Shown here: positions 42,301 to 57,555 of the stretch, one piece after another | How the letters are laid out: every line of letters starts with the position of its first letter | Position numbering within the stretch: position 1 is the stretch's first letter | Assembly: GCA_030141605.1 (NCBI GenBank) | Contig: JAQGDQ010000188.1 | Span: 1 to 64,000 of the forward strand | Source of the DNA: Tubiluchus corallicola | Lineage: Eukaryota > Animalia > Priapulida | DNA length: 64,000 nt | Direction: 5' to 3' | The notes under the pieces: generated by a model | Databases searched by the model: none | Told to the model about the DNA's origin: nothing | Seen by the model: the letters and a program-made list of their open reading frames with translations, nothing else | Made by a program: the position numbers and the translations under genes

Positions 42301-43714
42301 TTGTTACAGGTATTTTTAACTTTAATTTGAGGAAGAATAATAATAATAATTTTTATTCAAAGTCAGATTTTTAGATCAACAATTAACATGGGGTTTGAAG
42401 AACTTTTGGGCTGATTACAAATGACAACCTACAACTACACAACAGAGACTATCATTACCCCCCTTTTACTCTAAATATCACGTGTCAGGACAACAGCAGG
42501 TACCATTTTTAAAGTCTTTCATATTACCCGGCCGTGGTATTGAACTCACGACCTCCCAGACTGAGACTGAAAGCATTACCACTAGACCAAACCGAAAATG
42601 TTTCTCGGCTAATAGCTTAGTACATTCTGTCATCTGCTTTGCTGTACATTTACAATGAAATTGTCATGATAGCGTTACTTTTATCACTGAAGCTGCGGTA
42701 CTAGCAGATATCTATGATGTCGATTATTTGCTGCATTCCAGTAATAAAGTTTGAATTTCTATGTAACGTTCACCGAATTGGTTACACATGTCACTTTATG
42801 TCATGTTTATATCGTTTTTCTTAAATGCCTACATGTCCAGTTTGAAGATTCTAATACCCGTGTATGCTATATGTTTTGAGTTCTTCGTAATATCAAGTGA
42901 AAATAGGCGGTGCTGCAGTTCGACGGTGCCTATATGCGAGCTGCCACTGCTAGCAAAAACAACCTGTTCTTTATTTACTATGAACTATAAATTTTATTTC
43001 ACACATCAGAAAATACAACATCAAACACGTTAATAAACTATGTACGACCATAACGGTCATTAACACACTCACCTTACTTAAATGAAAAAATGATTATAGT
43101 TATGCATGCTTCTGTAGATAACTTAATGTAAATAAGGATGAAGTAAATGATGTAATAATAGCAATGGTATAAGAGCAATAAACCTGAAAGTTGAGAAAGG
43201 AAAACATAATATGTAGTTACGAATATGAATTATGTGATTATCTGTCAATGCACCACTTTCTTGTATATATAATGATATACATTCACACATATATGTACCC
43301 AAATTTAAGTGGGGGAGAAGAGATTAAATTGTATATTATACTTGTAGTAATAACTATAATTGTATAGAACATTTAAATATAATAGATGGTAGTAATGTAG
43401 CCATCATAACCATTAAAGATGGGCTAGTGGGGGGGGGGGGGCAAAATATAAGAATATAAGTGATTCATTAGCAAAATTAATGCTATTCCCATCGGCTTGC
43501 TAGAAATTGCACACATTGAAATGTAATAGCTCTTACATTTTGTAACATTCTTTGTGCAATTTTTTTTTGCAATTCAACACGTGCTGCATTTTAGGTTCCA
43601 AACGTCGTCAGATCTGTGAGCAATTCCAAAATTTTATCTGTTCGTCAGCAAACTCAGTTCGTCTATGAAAAATATCTTTCTTCCGTGGAGAAAATCGTAG
43701 TTACAACTTTAGAG
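39374..43714 (+). CDS. EXT1: Exostosin-1 (heparan sulfate polymerase, tout-velu orthologue), first three coding exons only
   Basis: Exons 39374..40260 (MQAKKRY, TM helix, [43 protein letters not shown]), 42108..42309 ([31 protein letters not shown]...[11 protein letters not shown]...DERLLLQ) and 43595..43714 (VPNVVRS...RQQTQF...[12 protein letters not shown]). The GT64 C-terminal exons were not found. Confidence 0.95.
42455..42594 (-). mobile_element. tRNA-derived SINE fragment
   Basis: A box TGGTCTAGTGG and B box GAGTTCAATACC, then CCGGGTAATATGAAAGACTTTAAAAATGGTACCTGCTG, which resembles from memory the MetaSINE central domain. Confidence 0.7.
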
Positions 43715-44036
43715 GTGGGCAGACATACTTGTTTTTTACATGTTCAGTTAAAGGAAGCTTGTTTATTTTTAGATATGGAGTCTAATTAAGATAGTCTACC
43801 AAGAATTCATTGCCACAGGAAATGTAGCTATAAGAACATTTTACATTTCAGATTGTTCGTTTCTTATACATTTTTGACTGTTTAGATGTGATTGAGGGAT
43901 TGAATGAGTGTTTATTTGAATTCTATTATCAGCTGTTAGCTACTTTTTTCCCTCAGCAATTTTGTGAAGAGATTTTATTTCGCTAGCAATTTTGTTTTCT
44001 TTATTTAAACGAATATTGGTTTTGATTGCAAAGAGA

Positions 44037-45593
<1,557 letters not shown>

Positions 45594-45683
<90 letters not shown>
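45594..45683. repeat. (GA)n microsatellite, ~45 units
   Basis: Abuts the truncated 5' end of the RTE-X element. Confidence 0.98.
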
Positions 45684-45688
<5 letters not shown>

Positions 45689-48600
45689 CCCATTTTACTC
45701 GTTTGATGAATTAGCACAATTATCCCGTTTCTAGGGTAGTTATGAGTTGTAGGAGATACACAAAGAGGAAATGAAAGAATAACGAAAAGGAAAAAGGAAA
45801 AAATAGAAAGGGAAGGGGGACAGGAAACTAAAAAAACAGAGAAAAGAAACCGAGAGAAAAAGAAAAAGCGAAAAACAAGGAACGGGGAAATACTCCTCAA
45901 CGGAGAGGGAGAGACGAAGAGAAACTTGTTGTATGCTAGTAACTATTTTTCCACTATGTTCACGAGAATACTGTACTGGGTTCATAATCAACCTGATACA
46001 CAAACACTTTATTTGACTTCTTCATTAATGCACAAATGTCCCAATACACAGTCTGTGCTGACATACTCCACCGAACAAACATCTTGTAATGCCGTCTAAG
46101 TTTTCCTACAGTACGTTACATTATATACACGTGACACGAAAGGCGAATTTTGTCCACGATTATTATTTTGTCTACTTAAAAAAAGTAAATTTGGCCTACA
46201 TTATATTATTATTTAACAACATTCAATGCTAACGTCAAGTTTTATTACTAGTACAGACAGTTTAATGTAACAGCAGCTGCTGTGTCTCGTGCAAAATATT
46301 TTGATGGAATTGCCTATTTCGTTGTTATATAACACTTCAGTGAATTGTCTACAGCTTATCGTACAAACTTTATGATAATCCACAGAGGAAAACTATGACG
46401 CCTCGTGCTTACCATTGGTCTGCACGATGTTTAAAAATTAATCACAAGAACCACTTGTGAAAGGGAATAATTTCCTTACAAGAACGATATTATGAAACAA
46501 ATACAGATGAATTAACTTGAGGGAATTAGCCACCAGAGAGCCTAAATCTGTTCTCGCCATTGATCTATCCGGGAATAAGAAATTGAAGTCAGAATTTAGT
46601 TCCTTCACAAGTTCCTTTATTAGCGGTTCAGTTACGGAGTCAGTATCAACGAGTAAACGTTTGGACAGTCTCTGAAGTCGTGTAAACTACATCAGCTAAA
46701 ACTATCTAGTCTTTTCTAAATATTCCATATAATGTGTAAATTGATTTGTCATTAAAGTGACGCTTAAATTTCCCCCCAAAACCAATAATCTTCTATATAA
46801 TTTTCTGGATTGAGAAACACTAAGTTTTCCATCGTATGTTATACTGTTATACTGTCATGATTAGGGCTTAAGCGTGTACACTCATAGAAACCCCATATTT
46901 TCCCGCAAAATAATGGTATGTACCAGTTATGGTTATATTATAACAGTTATGCAATGTGAATGTTCCACGAAGAAAACGTATTCCATACATTAGCTATGCA
47001 CTGCGGCATATTGTGAATATACACGCATTTCCCCTCGTAAATGCGAGAAAAAAAACTAGGCAAAAAATGTCGACTCAACATTCCTATTCAGAGCATCAGT
47101 TCATCAGCTGATATGATGTACATAGCGAAGTAGACCAAGTGTCCCACCAGTAACACAAGTACCCTAGAAATAAAATATGGTACCCACAGCGATATCACTA
47201 TTAACTTAATGCTCGTAAACGAATTGTTCCACGTGGATCAATTATGAGCTTATAAATATTCATACACGATGATAATGGGGTTAGCTTCATTATATGACAT
47301 CTGCACAGTAATAATGTTACCGAATTACGAATATTTAATTTGCTAATTGAAATATCAGAAATTATAACTAATACTGAATGATTTTTGGGTGTAACATTTA
47401 CAGGCCTTTATTAAAAGAGTTAATAGATGGATATTATTGTGATTTCCTGAAAATTTTATTACATTTCCTTTAATACAACGAGTAGCAGTGTCATCATTTT
47501 TTCCATAGATAAGCTGTATTTGCTATATATCTTCCATTCTCGGGTCAGTCAGCAACAGCCTAGAATATTTTAAAGTTAGCCAACATTTGATGACACGTTT
47601 TCAAAACTAAGCTTTTCATTCCTAAATCTGAGTAATTTGCAAAAGTAGGGGTGTAACACCCCAATAAAAAATTATAACACATTAAGTTAACCAGGTAATA
47701 ACTCTAACAAGATATTAACATTGCTTTAATGCACATTAACCGTGCATGTAAGGATCTCTGGATTCAGGACATTAGAAATTTTAAGGACAAACAGCAAGTA
47801 GTCCAAAAACTTGATGATTGTTATTAAAGAACATGCAAAAAGTGTTTAGGTAAGAAACGATCAACACTCTTGCTAATTTTACTGCATAATTTCTATAATA
47901 GTGTCTTGCTATAAAATGTTACATGTTCTGTAACGGCGTAGATTCTAATAAATCTATTACAATGAAGGTATAGCGTTGTATATGAAGGTATGAAGGTTGT
48001 ATTTTGTATGGAAAAATCTTATAAACGTTATACTTGTAAGGTCGCATGATCTCTAAACCTATAATTATAAGATATAATATGATGCATAGGTTATTACAGA
48101 GAGGTTGCCCTCTGAAAATGATCCCCGAGCCCAAATAGCATTTTTGCTCGTTTCATATTTGTATATTAACCATATACGTAGCCATACAACATTTTTAGGG
48201 TTTCCAGCAAGTACAACCCCAGCGCCATACACTTATATACGCTTCCCACATGGTTGAAGCTGCAGTAAGATATGGACTTATGGTGGTACTCAATCAAAGC
48301 CAGAACTAGACCAGTAACAGGTGGAGATACAGCAACAGCAGATCTTCACACATTTGAAATAACAGCAGTTTTTTTCTCACTCGACCTTAACGAAGGGATC
48401 ACTAGACTTGCACAGCTCAGTCTTGCAATCCATAATTTTAACCAGACGAAAAAGACAAAAAAAATCATTATCTTAATTCAGTAATATTAGCATGTACTCA
48501 TAAAACATAAAATAGCAAACATAGTATAAAGTTGCACACATTCTCCTGCGATGTTGTTATAATCGAGGCTTCTATAGAAATAGTCGAATACATGTAGTTA

Positions 48601-51600
48601 TTTACTTAAGCGTTATATCTAAGATATTACAAGTTTGTTAAATCGTATTCTTTTGAAAAAATGTTAGATTTACTTTTCGGCCTCGAGCGCTAGAGCGGAT
48701 TAGATTATTAGTCCTAAAATTTTCGTCAAGGAGGTGTACTAATTGATTCGCAAAAATCACGACTCGAACATAACTAGGTATCATAATTATATGATTATGT
48801 AAATTATACGATAAGCACTGATCATGCTATAAATTAGGGTTAATATATAAGTGGACTATTACGCCCACTCAGTAAAAAGTAAAGCGGTATGAATGCCTCA
48901 AGCATTGCACTCTAGAAAGTTACAAAAGTCTACTTAAAGTTCCATAATACGTGCACTCAACAATATCTATCAACAATTTCTGCACAATGTACTAATGTTG
49001 TTAACAATCATACCTTAAATTCCGACTTACCTCTACCTGCCAGGTCAATACCCCATTTCAAGATGCCTTCCTTCCACCGACACAGTATTTTATTGCATTC
49101 TTTCGGCTGTTACAGCTGCTTCGGCACTCCCCCTGCAACTAGCAAGGTCAGACTCACTAAAAACACGGCTGAGTTTACACGAACTTGCAAAATGTTCAAG
49201 GGTCACATACCGGGTTCTGTAAAGGCTCAAATACGCACCAGCAAGTTTGTAATGTATTCCTCACACCAAGGGCGCTTTGAAATCAACCACGGCACTCATG
49301 TGCTTCTGTAGTTCCACAATTAAACTGGGCAGCAAGCTTCTTAATTACGCCAAGAAAAATATATGTCCAACGCGTGCGACCAAACAGTTGTAGGAATTAG
49401 AACAGGCTTGAGTGTAATAATATGCACCGTCTGACAAGTAATCTTGCACCCTCGGAAACTTGGTAGCAGCAGTCATTCCATTGAAATCTATGAGGGAACG
49501 GGAAGAAGAAAATAGAAAGAGACAGAGGGAGGAAGAGTAGGAGAGTAAGAGAGGGAGATAGCACAAGCAGGATAAAGAGAAAAAAGAGGGAGGAAGAGAG
49601 AGAGAAAAGAGTGGGAGAGAGAAAGAGAGAGAGAGGGGGAGAGAGATAAAACAAGAAAGAAGAGAAAAAAGAGGATTCGGCTTGAAAAAGTGTCAGTTTT
49701 ATCTACAGGTATTTCATTATCTGTGCACTGATGTTGATTCTACAAAATACTGCATTACTGTAATACTTGTAAGTGGACCAGGACACAGGGTACGTATGTG
49801 TTGACAGTAATATTAGAAAAAGGTTGCAATACTCTAAGAATTATATACCCAGAGGAAGCCAAAGCAGACACAAAAGATTAAGGAACTACTAATTGCATTT
49901 GACAATAAAGTACTCTAGTTACTAAATTTTGTAACAGCAATGCACATAAAAGTGTTTACTAATCCAAGCCTCCAATAGCCCTGAACTGGTCCTTTTACAT
50001 TCCTGTACCTGGGCTAGGGGGACTACCCCCTCGCTTATGACTGTATTTTTCTAGGACGTGAAATCAATCAAGCACGGTGCCTGCTGGCTTCCTTCAGATC
50101 TTAGGGTCCTCATCAAATACTGGCTACAGGAGCACCATCACTTGAGCAACATGACTCGCATTTGAGCTGACTAAGAACTCAAATGCTCAAATGAACACGG
50201 GGCGAAAGAACAGCGAAAAAATCATAGGTTCTGGATGGCCAAATCCAACTGTCATTTTGCTCAAAAGGAAGTGTCTAAAGTAACCAGATGTTAGACAAGT
50301 TAGGCTTGTGACGCTAGAGCTTGTCGCTCTAGAGTCATGACTGTTTTGGTATCAGTTTCCCTCTAAATGAAATTAATGAAACAGTGAAATGAATCATAGG
50401 AACTTTACCTAAACAAAATACTCTTCCGGTAGAGTAAATCTGCTGATCATTCCGAAGTCACGAAAATGAATGGATGGCAATTTATCAGTGTTACAGCATG
50501 CTGTCTTTGGCATCAAGTCCTAAAGCATATAACAGTGTAAAATGATTTGTTAATAAGTTCTCGCCTACGTCATTACAAGATTACAATAATTATTAAATAT
50601 GCACAATGATTTGCCACTTTTACGCGGTGTTTTACGGGATTTCTTAAATTTCTTCTCCTCCGTTCTACATATCCATAGTAAAATAGGATTTAGTTGATAA
50701 ATCTATTGCTAGTTACTAATTATATCATTATTCTGACAGCTAATAGGCAGGTTTGGGTTTGCTATATGTATTTTAATAGCGATTTTTTCGACGAACCCAC
50801 CTGTAAATTTACTTCATAACAACAGGAATGTGTCAGGTCCCATTTCTTGCTAACAGCATGAATTCTAAATAATTAAAAGAAAATAATTGAAACTACTATT
50901 AATACAGAAAAGGATAAGGTATTAAGACCCAGGTTTAAATTTTGCAGAGAAACGCCAATAAAAGCTTGTAATTTATTAACTGTGATTAGAAAATGCTTAA
51001 GCCTACCATGTTTTCAGCAAACCTTTATTGCTGTTGCATTTTAGCTTCTTTCTTCTTGTTTTTCTACAATTTCTTTGACGATGTCTTTCCATTTTTTCAT
51101 ATATTCCCATTTCATATGGTTGGATTTTGGATTTGTGAGTAAACTCAAAGCTGTTCACATCAAATTGGCTGTCTGCAGGAGAAAAATAACAAGCGTTAGA
51201 CTAAAAACAGACCAGCTACTAGCTGTGCAGCGTAAAGCAAACAACTTTAGCAACTGATTAAAATAAATTAATAGGCAGTATTATGTCTATTAATAACACA
51301 CAGACACAACATGATTAAAAGACAGTTTCATTTATTTAAAGATGTTTCAATTTAATCAATCAGCCAACAGCTTCAAATCACTGACTGACCCTGCACGTGA
51401 GAGGTTCCTCAGTGTGGGAACAGGCTCTACGATGCGTGCACACTTAACGTCTCGTATATGGCGTAGGTCTAGTCGAATAATTAAGTAGATCCTCTGCATA
51501 TATAAAATTTTATGTGCTTCAAGTTTCCATAAGCAAACACTTAAGTCCTGTATGGTAAAAATCACTGATCGACTGGGCGGTGTAGGCTCTTTACTAAACG

Positions 51601-53948
51601 GTACATATCACGCTATATTAGCGCTAAATGTTTGGTGTTTTCCCTTGCAACAACATTGGCGCCGATTTGCTTTAAATAATAGGGAAGCAAAACACGATTA
51701 GGGCACACACGTTCAGGCAATGAATTCTAAAACACATACTCATATTATGAGCGTACCATGTATTTTTGCAGCCGCTATACATTTGTGCTGTGTGTGATGC
51801 TTTAATCGAAGCATGTCAAATTGGGAGTACCTAAATGGTATCAATTATCGGTCGACAGTAGACACAGTACCTCAGTTTTAATTGTGTAGATGATTGACAA
51901 AGCAGGAGGACATTAATATATAAGATTCTATAAAACAAATTATTCATTACAATAACTAGAAAACCAAAAACATTTACCACACCATCATACATTATATTTT
52001 ATATTTTTAGTTACCATGCACGACATTATTCTAACGAACAAAGCTAGATAGCAACGATAACAAAAGTCTTACACACTGTGGTGAAACAGCTAAGATACAG
52101 GTACAATGTTTTTAGTTAGTTTGGCTTCTGAATGCGAAGCACGTACCGTAAAAATAAAATATATATGTAAATAAAGTAGAATCCAAAAGTAGTTATGGGT
52201 AAATTTGGTCTCTTCATCTCAAATCGCCAACACGCCCGTTTGTGGCTAAGTGCTTATGATCACGAATTTATACGAATACAAATGAAGTATTAGGATGTAT
52301 TAGTTGTATTGTATAAATTTAAAGTTAGTAGCCAGTAAAGTTAAGTAACAGTTAAAACAAGTGAATATTATTGTATCATAATACTTCATTCAAAAAGTAA
52401 TGCACCTGAATGGTATTTGCATCTAATTAAATGGATTGTAAAAGCGAGCAAGTAAAAACATTAATTTATTCTCACACAGTTAATTAATGTGAACAGTTCG
52501 ATGGTCGAGAAGACCAAATAGTTGAACGTAATAACCCCATTTGTCAAAATTTGACAGCTTTTCTGCTGTCTTGTACTTTACGTTTAAAACATCTTGGAAT
52601 GCGGCAACTCGTACCTAGATGTCCAGAGCCTTGTACAAATTTGTCTTTCACGTTTACTGTTTTTTGCTCCGCCCACTTTGTCAAGACAAAAATGCGTCGA
52701 ATTTATAGACAGAAACTGCTTTACACTAGAAGAACGAACTACATAAGATTATTGAACTTAAAACCAGAGGCTAGAATTATGCAGGTTATAAGTGACACAA
52801 CTTACAATATCAGTGTGGCCATTTGATTTTTGCTCAGGCACCCTACTTGTGTATACTATAATATTTGGGAGCTCCCTATTTTAAATTAACTGCGGGAAAA
52901 GGTATTACAGATTGTTCGATTCCTTATTTTGAATCTTATTCACTTTCTCACTTCGTCTCTTGTAAACATTGTGGCACTAGAGTTTGACTTCTATCTGCAG
53001 CTAACAACGTTAGTTCTTGTGCTCACACATAAGGCTAGATTTAGTTGTAGCTGTTGAACACCTTCGTTTATCTGAGCTATCCAAGTTGTTTTTGGTTTGC
53101 AGGTGCCATTATACATATGTTCCCATTCTTATATTCTCATAAGGAGCAAAGATTCCATTTTCTTTTCATCATCTGAATATTTTTTTAGTTTTCCGCTACG
53201 CATGTCAGGATTTTTTAATAAACTACTGTACTTAAATGTACAGGTATGTGTTTATGGTCACAATCGCTTGTGGCGTGTTAACAGAACAGGTAAATATGTT
53301 GGAATTTTGGGCTAGCTTACAAAGACAATTCCTTGTTAAATTTACACCGCCTTAATTGGTTTCTGTTGATTTTACGGGGGAATGTTCGTACCCTTAGCCA
53401 GCTTTCCTAGATAACACACGTAAAAGGTTATCGTTTTAATTTTAGCAAAAACTTTGTACATTAACAGTAATTTTTAGATTACTAACAAAATCAGCAGTTT
53501 TTCAGGCAGATTACGCCAGTTCATTTTTGCAAATATAAGGCTGACTTTTAACTATGGTACCGCAACTATAATTTTATAATAATGGATTATTTTCTATATG
53601 GCGTCATATATGACTTTTTTATGATAAACTTTGTATTGGTATCTGAAGTTAAATAATCCATAGTTGACTGATCAATGTTATTAAAGGTGTTATATGTTTT
53701 TATTTATTTTAACAAGTGCAACTTGCCCATTTGAACTGTAGACTGAAAATGTCCTGTATAGCCATGCCACCGTATCATCAAAATAATCAGATTCCTCGAC
53801 TAAGTGCACTAAAAACAAATATTATGGCATGTCGTATATTTTTTGCACATTCCATTCTGGTAGCAATTATAGAGACAAAACTTATAAGTAAAATTTTTAC
53901 ACATAGGAAAATAAGCTCCAAAATGACACATTGTGCATACACATAAAC

Positions 53949-55245
53949 GGTCTGAAGATAGCGGACACAGACATTTGGACATATAGGTTATTTTTCACGA
54001 GATTTGGACATTCTTAAGAGTAGGCATTTAGACGTATAGCTTATTTTTCGCTGTTCAACGTTTTGGGTCAGTTGCGTTATCCTCATTCCTCAATGATATT
54101 TTATTTTTAAGCAATTCCGTCTATAATCATTGTTTTATCATTGACAGAATCTTAGCAGAATTATAGTTTGCCAACACGGCTGAATAGGCTTATACATAAT
54201 AAACGCTGAAGGTTTCCACTAAAAGGTATTTACTTTATAAGAAATTCAAAACAACAAAACCCGTAGAGAATAACAAAATTAACACAGTGTTGCATGATTC
54301 TGTTCCTTTCACAGACGGGTATTTGTAAGCGAAAGCATTCATATCAAGTATATCAAAATGAGCTGTTTATCATATTATGATTGATTAGTGATCAAGAGTT
54401 GATTAGTTCTTAAATTGAGCAGTTATGCGAATTGTTTTTAGGGAAGCTATGCTTGCAAATTTATTTCAGTACTATGGCGACGGTAATTATGGCGACAACG
54501 CCGAAATTTATTCATACCTGTGGCGACTGCGGTTAGTCAGGCAAAATTCTTCATCACATGACAAGCTGCATGAACTAAAACGTTTTTATTGCCCATTTTA
54601 ATAATGTATTAAGAAAAATTTTCCAAGATAAATTTCTCTTCCAATGTTCGTCGTTTTTACCTTAATTAATATCAATCACAATTTAATCTGTAACGCATTT
54701 TTAATAATTTGTTAATACGCTTAGAGTTAATTGTCAGTTTTATTACTGTCAGAAAGGTGCAGCAAGAAATAGCGTCGCGTCTGTCGTAATCGCCGTACCC
54801 TACCAATCGTACTTCTCACAGTTACCCCAATCGCCGCAGCTACCATCACCGCATACGCATTTCCACATGCTATAAAACAGGCTCAATATTTACATAATTT
54901 TTGATCTGCTGACTGCAGTTACTGTTGAGGAAGTTGTGATTAAATTTTAGGACCAAATATGGCTGAAACAAAAAGAAATATGAAAAAGTCCGGATTGAAC
55001 TTGAATTTGAACAGGGCTATAAGTGACCTCCTATACGTCCAAATAACGTCCATACACTTCGACTTCCATGATGACTTATGTGTCCAAATGACCTACATGT
55101 CCAAGATATTTACTGTCCAAATGTCCTATGTGTTCAAATTACCTTGTGTCCAAATGACCTGTGTCTAAAATGCCTGTGTCCAAATTACCTTGTGTTCAAA
55201 AGAGCTATGTGTTCAAATTACCTTGTGTCCAGAACACTTGTAACC
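53949..55245. mobile_element. Foldback/MULE-like non-autonomous DNA transposon
   Basis: Inverted subterminal arrays (ATTTGGACA on the left, TGTCCAAAT on the right), GG..CC termini and TSD ACATAAAC / ACGTAAAC. Confidence 0.6.
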
Positions 55246-55444
55246 ACGTAAACGCACATAACAGTTAATAACGGAAGTGTTTCTTTCTCTCCCTGTACAT
55301 AACTAACTCTTAGTTCTACATTATTCTGACTAAGAAACCAATTTCAAGCGTTTTCAAGAATGCAACAGTGATAATGCAAACCTGAGCAGCAGTGACATGG
55401 AAACCCGGCGCAGCAGAACAATAAAAAAGTCCGTATACTAATTT

Positions 55445-55660
55445 ACAAAAACAAAATCAACGGAGAAAAATTACAAACATGGATGACACACCTTACCGCC
55501 TACGTTGACTCCGTTTAATAAAATCGTTATCACGATTGCACAAAAACGCAAGTCTGTATATGAATTCCAAAAACAAAACCAGCGGAGAAAAATATCAAAC
55601 ATGGATGACACATCTTTGCGCTTACGCTAACTACACTTAATAAAATCATATGACGATTGC
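55445..55660. repeat. Diverged two-copy direct repeat, period ~122 bp
   Basis: CAAAAACAAAA..CGGAGAAAAAT..CAAACATGGATGACACA...TTAATAAAATC...ACGATTGC occurs twice. Confidence 0.8.
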
Positions 55661-57167
55661 TGTATGTACTGTATGGTCCCAACGCGTACATAATCGTACA
55701 CTAGAATATGTGTTCAAGCTAAAAGCATCTGAAAAAAGTTAATTCCACTAGATATCATTATAAAAACGAACCCACAATAAACTGCTGGTTCTCCTGTAAT
55801 GCATTTTTATGAAAATTCGGTAATTTTTATACTACTACTGTAAAAAACAATAGTGTACCATGGTTACTTAACTTGCTCTATAAGGTGCCTCTGCAGATTT
55901 TTCACTCTTTTGGGGTTAATGTATTTTGTAAAGGAGCGTAGAGGCTAAACTCACTGGCCCATGACCTGCTACTATTAGCCACGAGCTAAAATAAAGCAAA
56001 AGAACGATTAGGAATGCAGGATGAGGCGAATAAGAAATAAAAATGCGTGAACTTTTTTCTCACGTGTGTACAGAACCACTCGTCCACACTAATCTCGCAG
56101 CATGGCCTACTTAATACTGTACGTTTCCTCGCTGAAGCTGTCATTAAACATTTACTAATAGCCAAGTGGTTAATGATTGCTGTTAAAAAAATGAGATGTC
56201 AGTAAGTTAGCATGTCTGTTCACATTCCACAGTTGAGAAGATGGGCAGGTTTAGTTAGAATCATTAAATGCCAGCATCATAAAATACAGCTTTGACATGT
56301 CAATACAATATCCGTAGGTTAGTCAACAGTTGCAAATAAAAATTACAAGACGAATTTTTTTTGTTGTTGATGAAAAAGTTATTGATTGGATTTTAGAGTT
56401 TAAAAGCGTAAAGTACAACTTTACAGGAAAAACAACTTCTTGTACACACTTTTCCTAGAAATTATACTTAGTTTGGTTATTCGAATATAAATCTAGCGAC
56501 TGTTTGACTGAAGTATTTCTGCTACAGCTTGCAAACCACAAACTATTGTCAAGTAGACTCAACCTCCATGATATAGTCATCAGTTTGACAGTTTTCTCTG
56601 TTTTATTGTGTTCTTACTCTAGGTATAATAGTCTAATATGATGAGACGGTGGCTGCAGCCATTGCGGCAACGAACACGGCAATAACAAAAACGCAACTTG
56701 TGAATAAAAATTTCCTTCAACTTTCATTAATTACTTACCTTGTGTGGTTTCATCTGCTAAGCTAGCCAAATCATTTTTTAACTTAGCGCCTCATCTTAAA
56801 GCATTAGCCAATGAGTGGATTTTGCTTCTGCCATAAACTACATTAAGCAGGCTTTGCGAGTGGGCGTGGGTCTCGGTTAGCAAAGTGCAAATTGCATAAG
56901 ACAAAAAAATTGAGTATGCGTAAGTGGACAGCAGGCCTACTATGGTCAGAGACCTATGTGGACGAGGGCAACCCGATCATTCAATTATGTAGTGCTTTAT
57001 CATCTGAGGAGAGCAGTGTGATCACACGATCTACTTGTTGTCCGCTGTCAGAAATATGGTCAACAATCCCAGCATCAGCAACTGCGCATGCTAGGATTAA
57101 TGCTAGAATTAATGAATAATAATTAATATCAAGTGTTGTAGAAATTCAATGTCATCCGATTACAGTA

Positions 57168-57555
57168 AGCCTTTTCACAGTTCCAAATTGATGATGATCG
57201 GGAAAAGGTCAAAGGTTAAGTGTACCGGACAACGCATTTGTGTACACTTGACAACGCCTCTCAGCCCATGCTATTGTAATAGTAACAGTTTTAACATCTA
57301 GCTACAACCTTACCTAGTTCATTTTTCTAGTTCCTAACAAAGATCCTGCTAGTAAATCACTCTACGCACAGACTAATGCATAATTAAGTAACGTCTAAGT
57401 AAAACAACTGAAGTTACTGAACTGACGAGGCAGATGGCTTTGCTTTACCACACACTAGTATTGTACCCGCTTGTAGTTAAGAGGCGTTGCTGTGGTACAC
57501 TTAACCTTTGATCTACAGCAACTGCGCGTGCGCACAACGAAACCGTAAGAAGACT
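57168..57555. mobile_element. MITE with AGCCTTTTCACAGTT TIR (copy 2, right TIR decayed)
   Basis: Colinear along its length with 12346..12720. Confidence 0.8.

Noticed and set aside
43852-43986. Possible next EXT1 exon after TTTCAG
   Set aside because: The translation (IVRFLYIFDCLDV...) has no similarity to the expected IIxDR...WNxxPG segment.
49025-49045. ACTTACCT as a U1 snRNA 5' end
   Set aside because: The following sequence does not resemble U1. It is simply a minus-strand splice donor.
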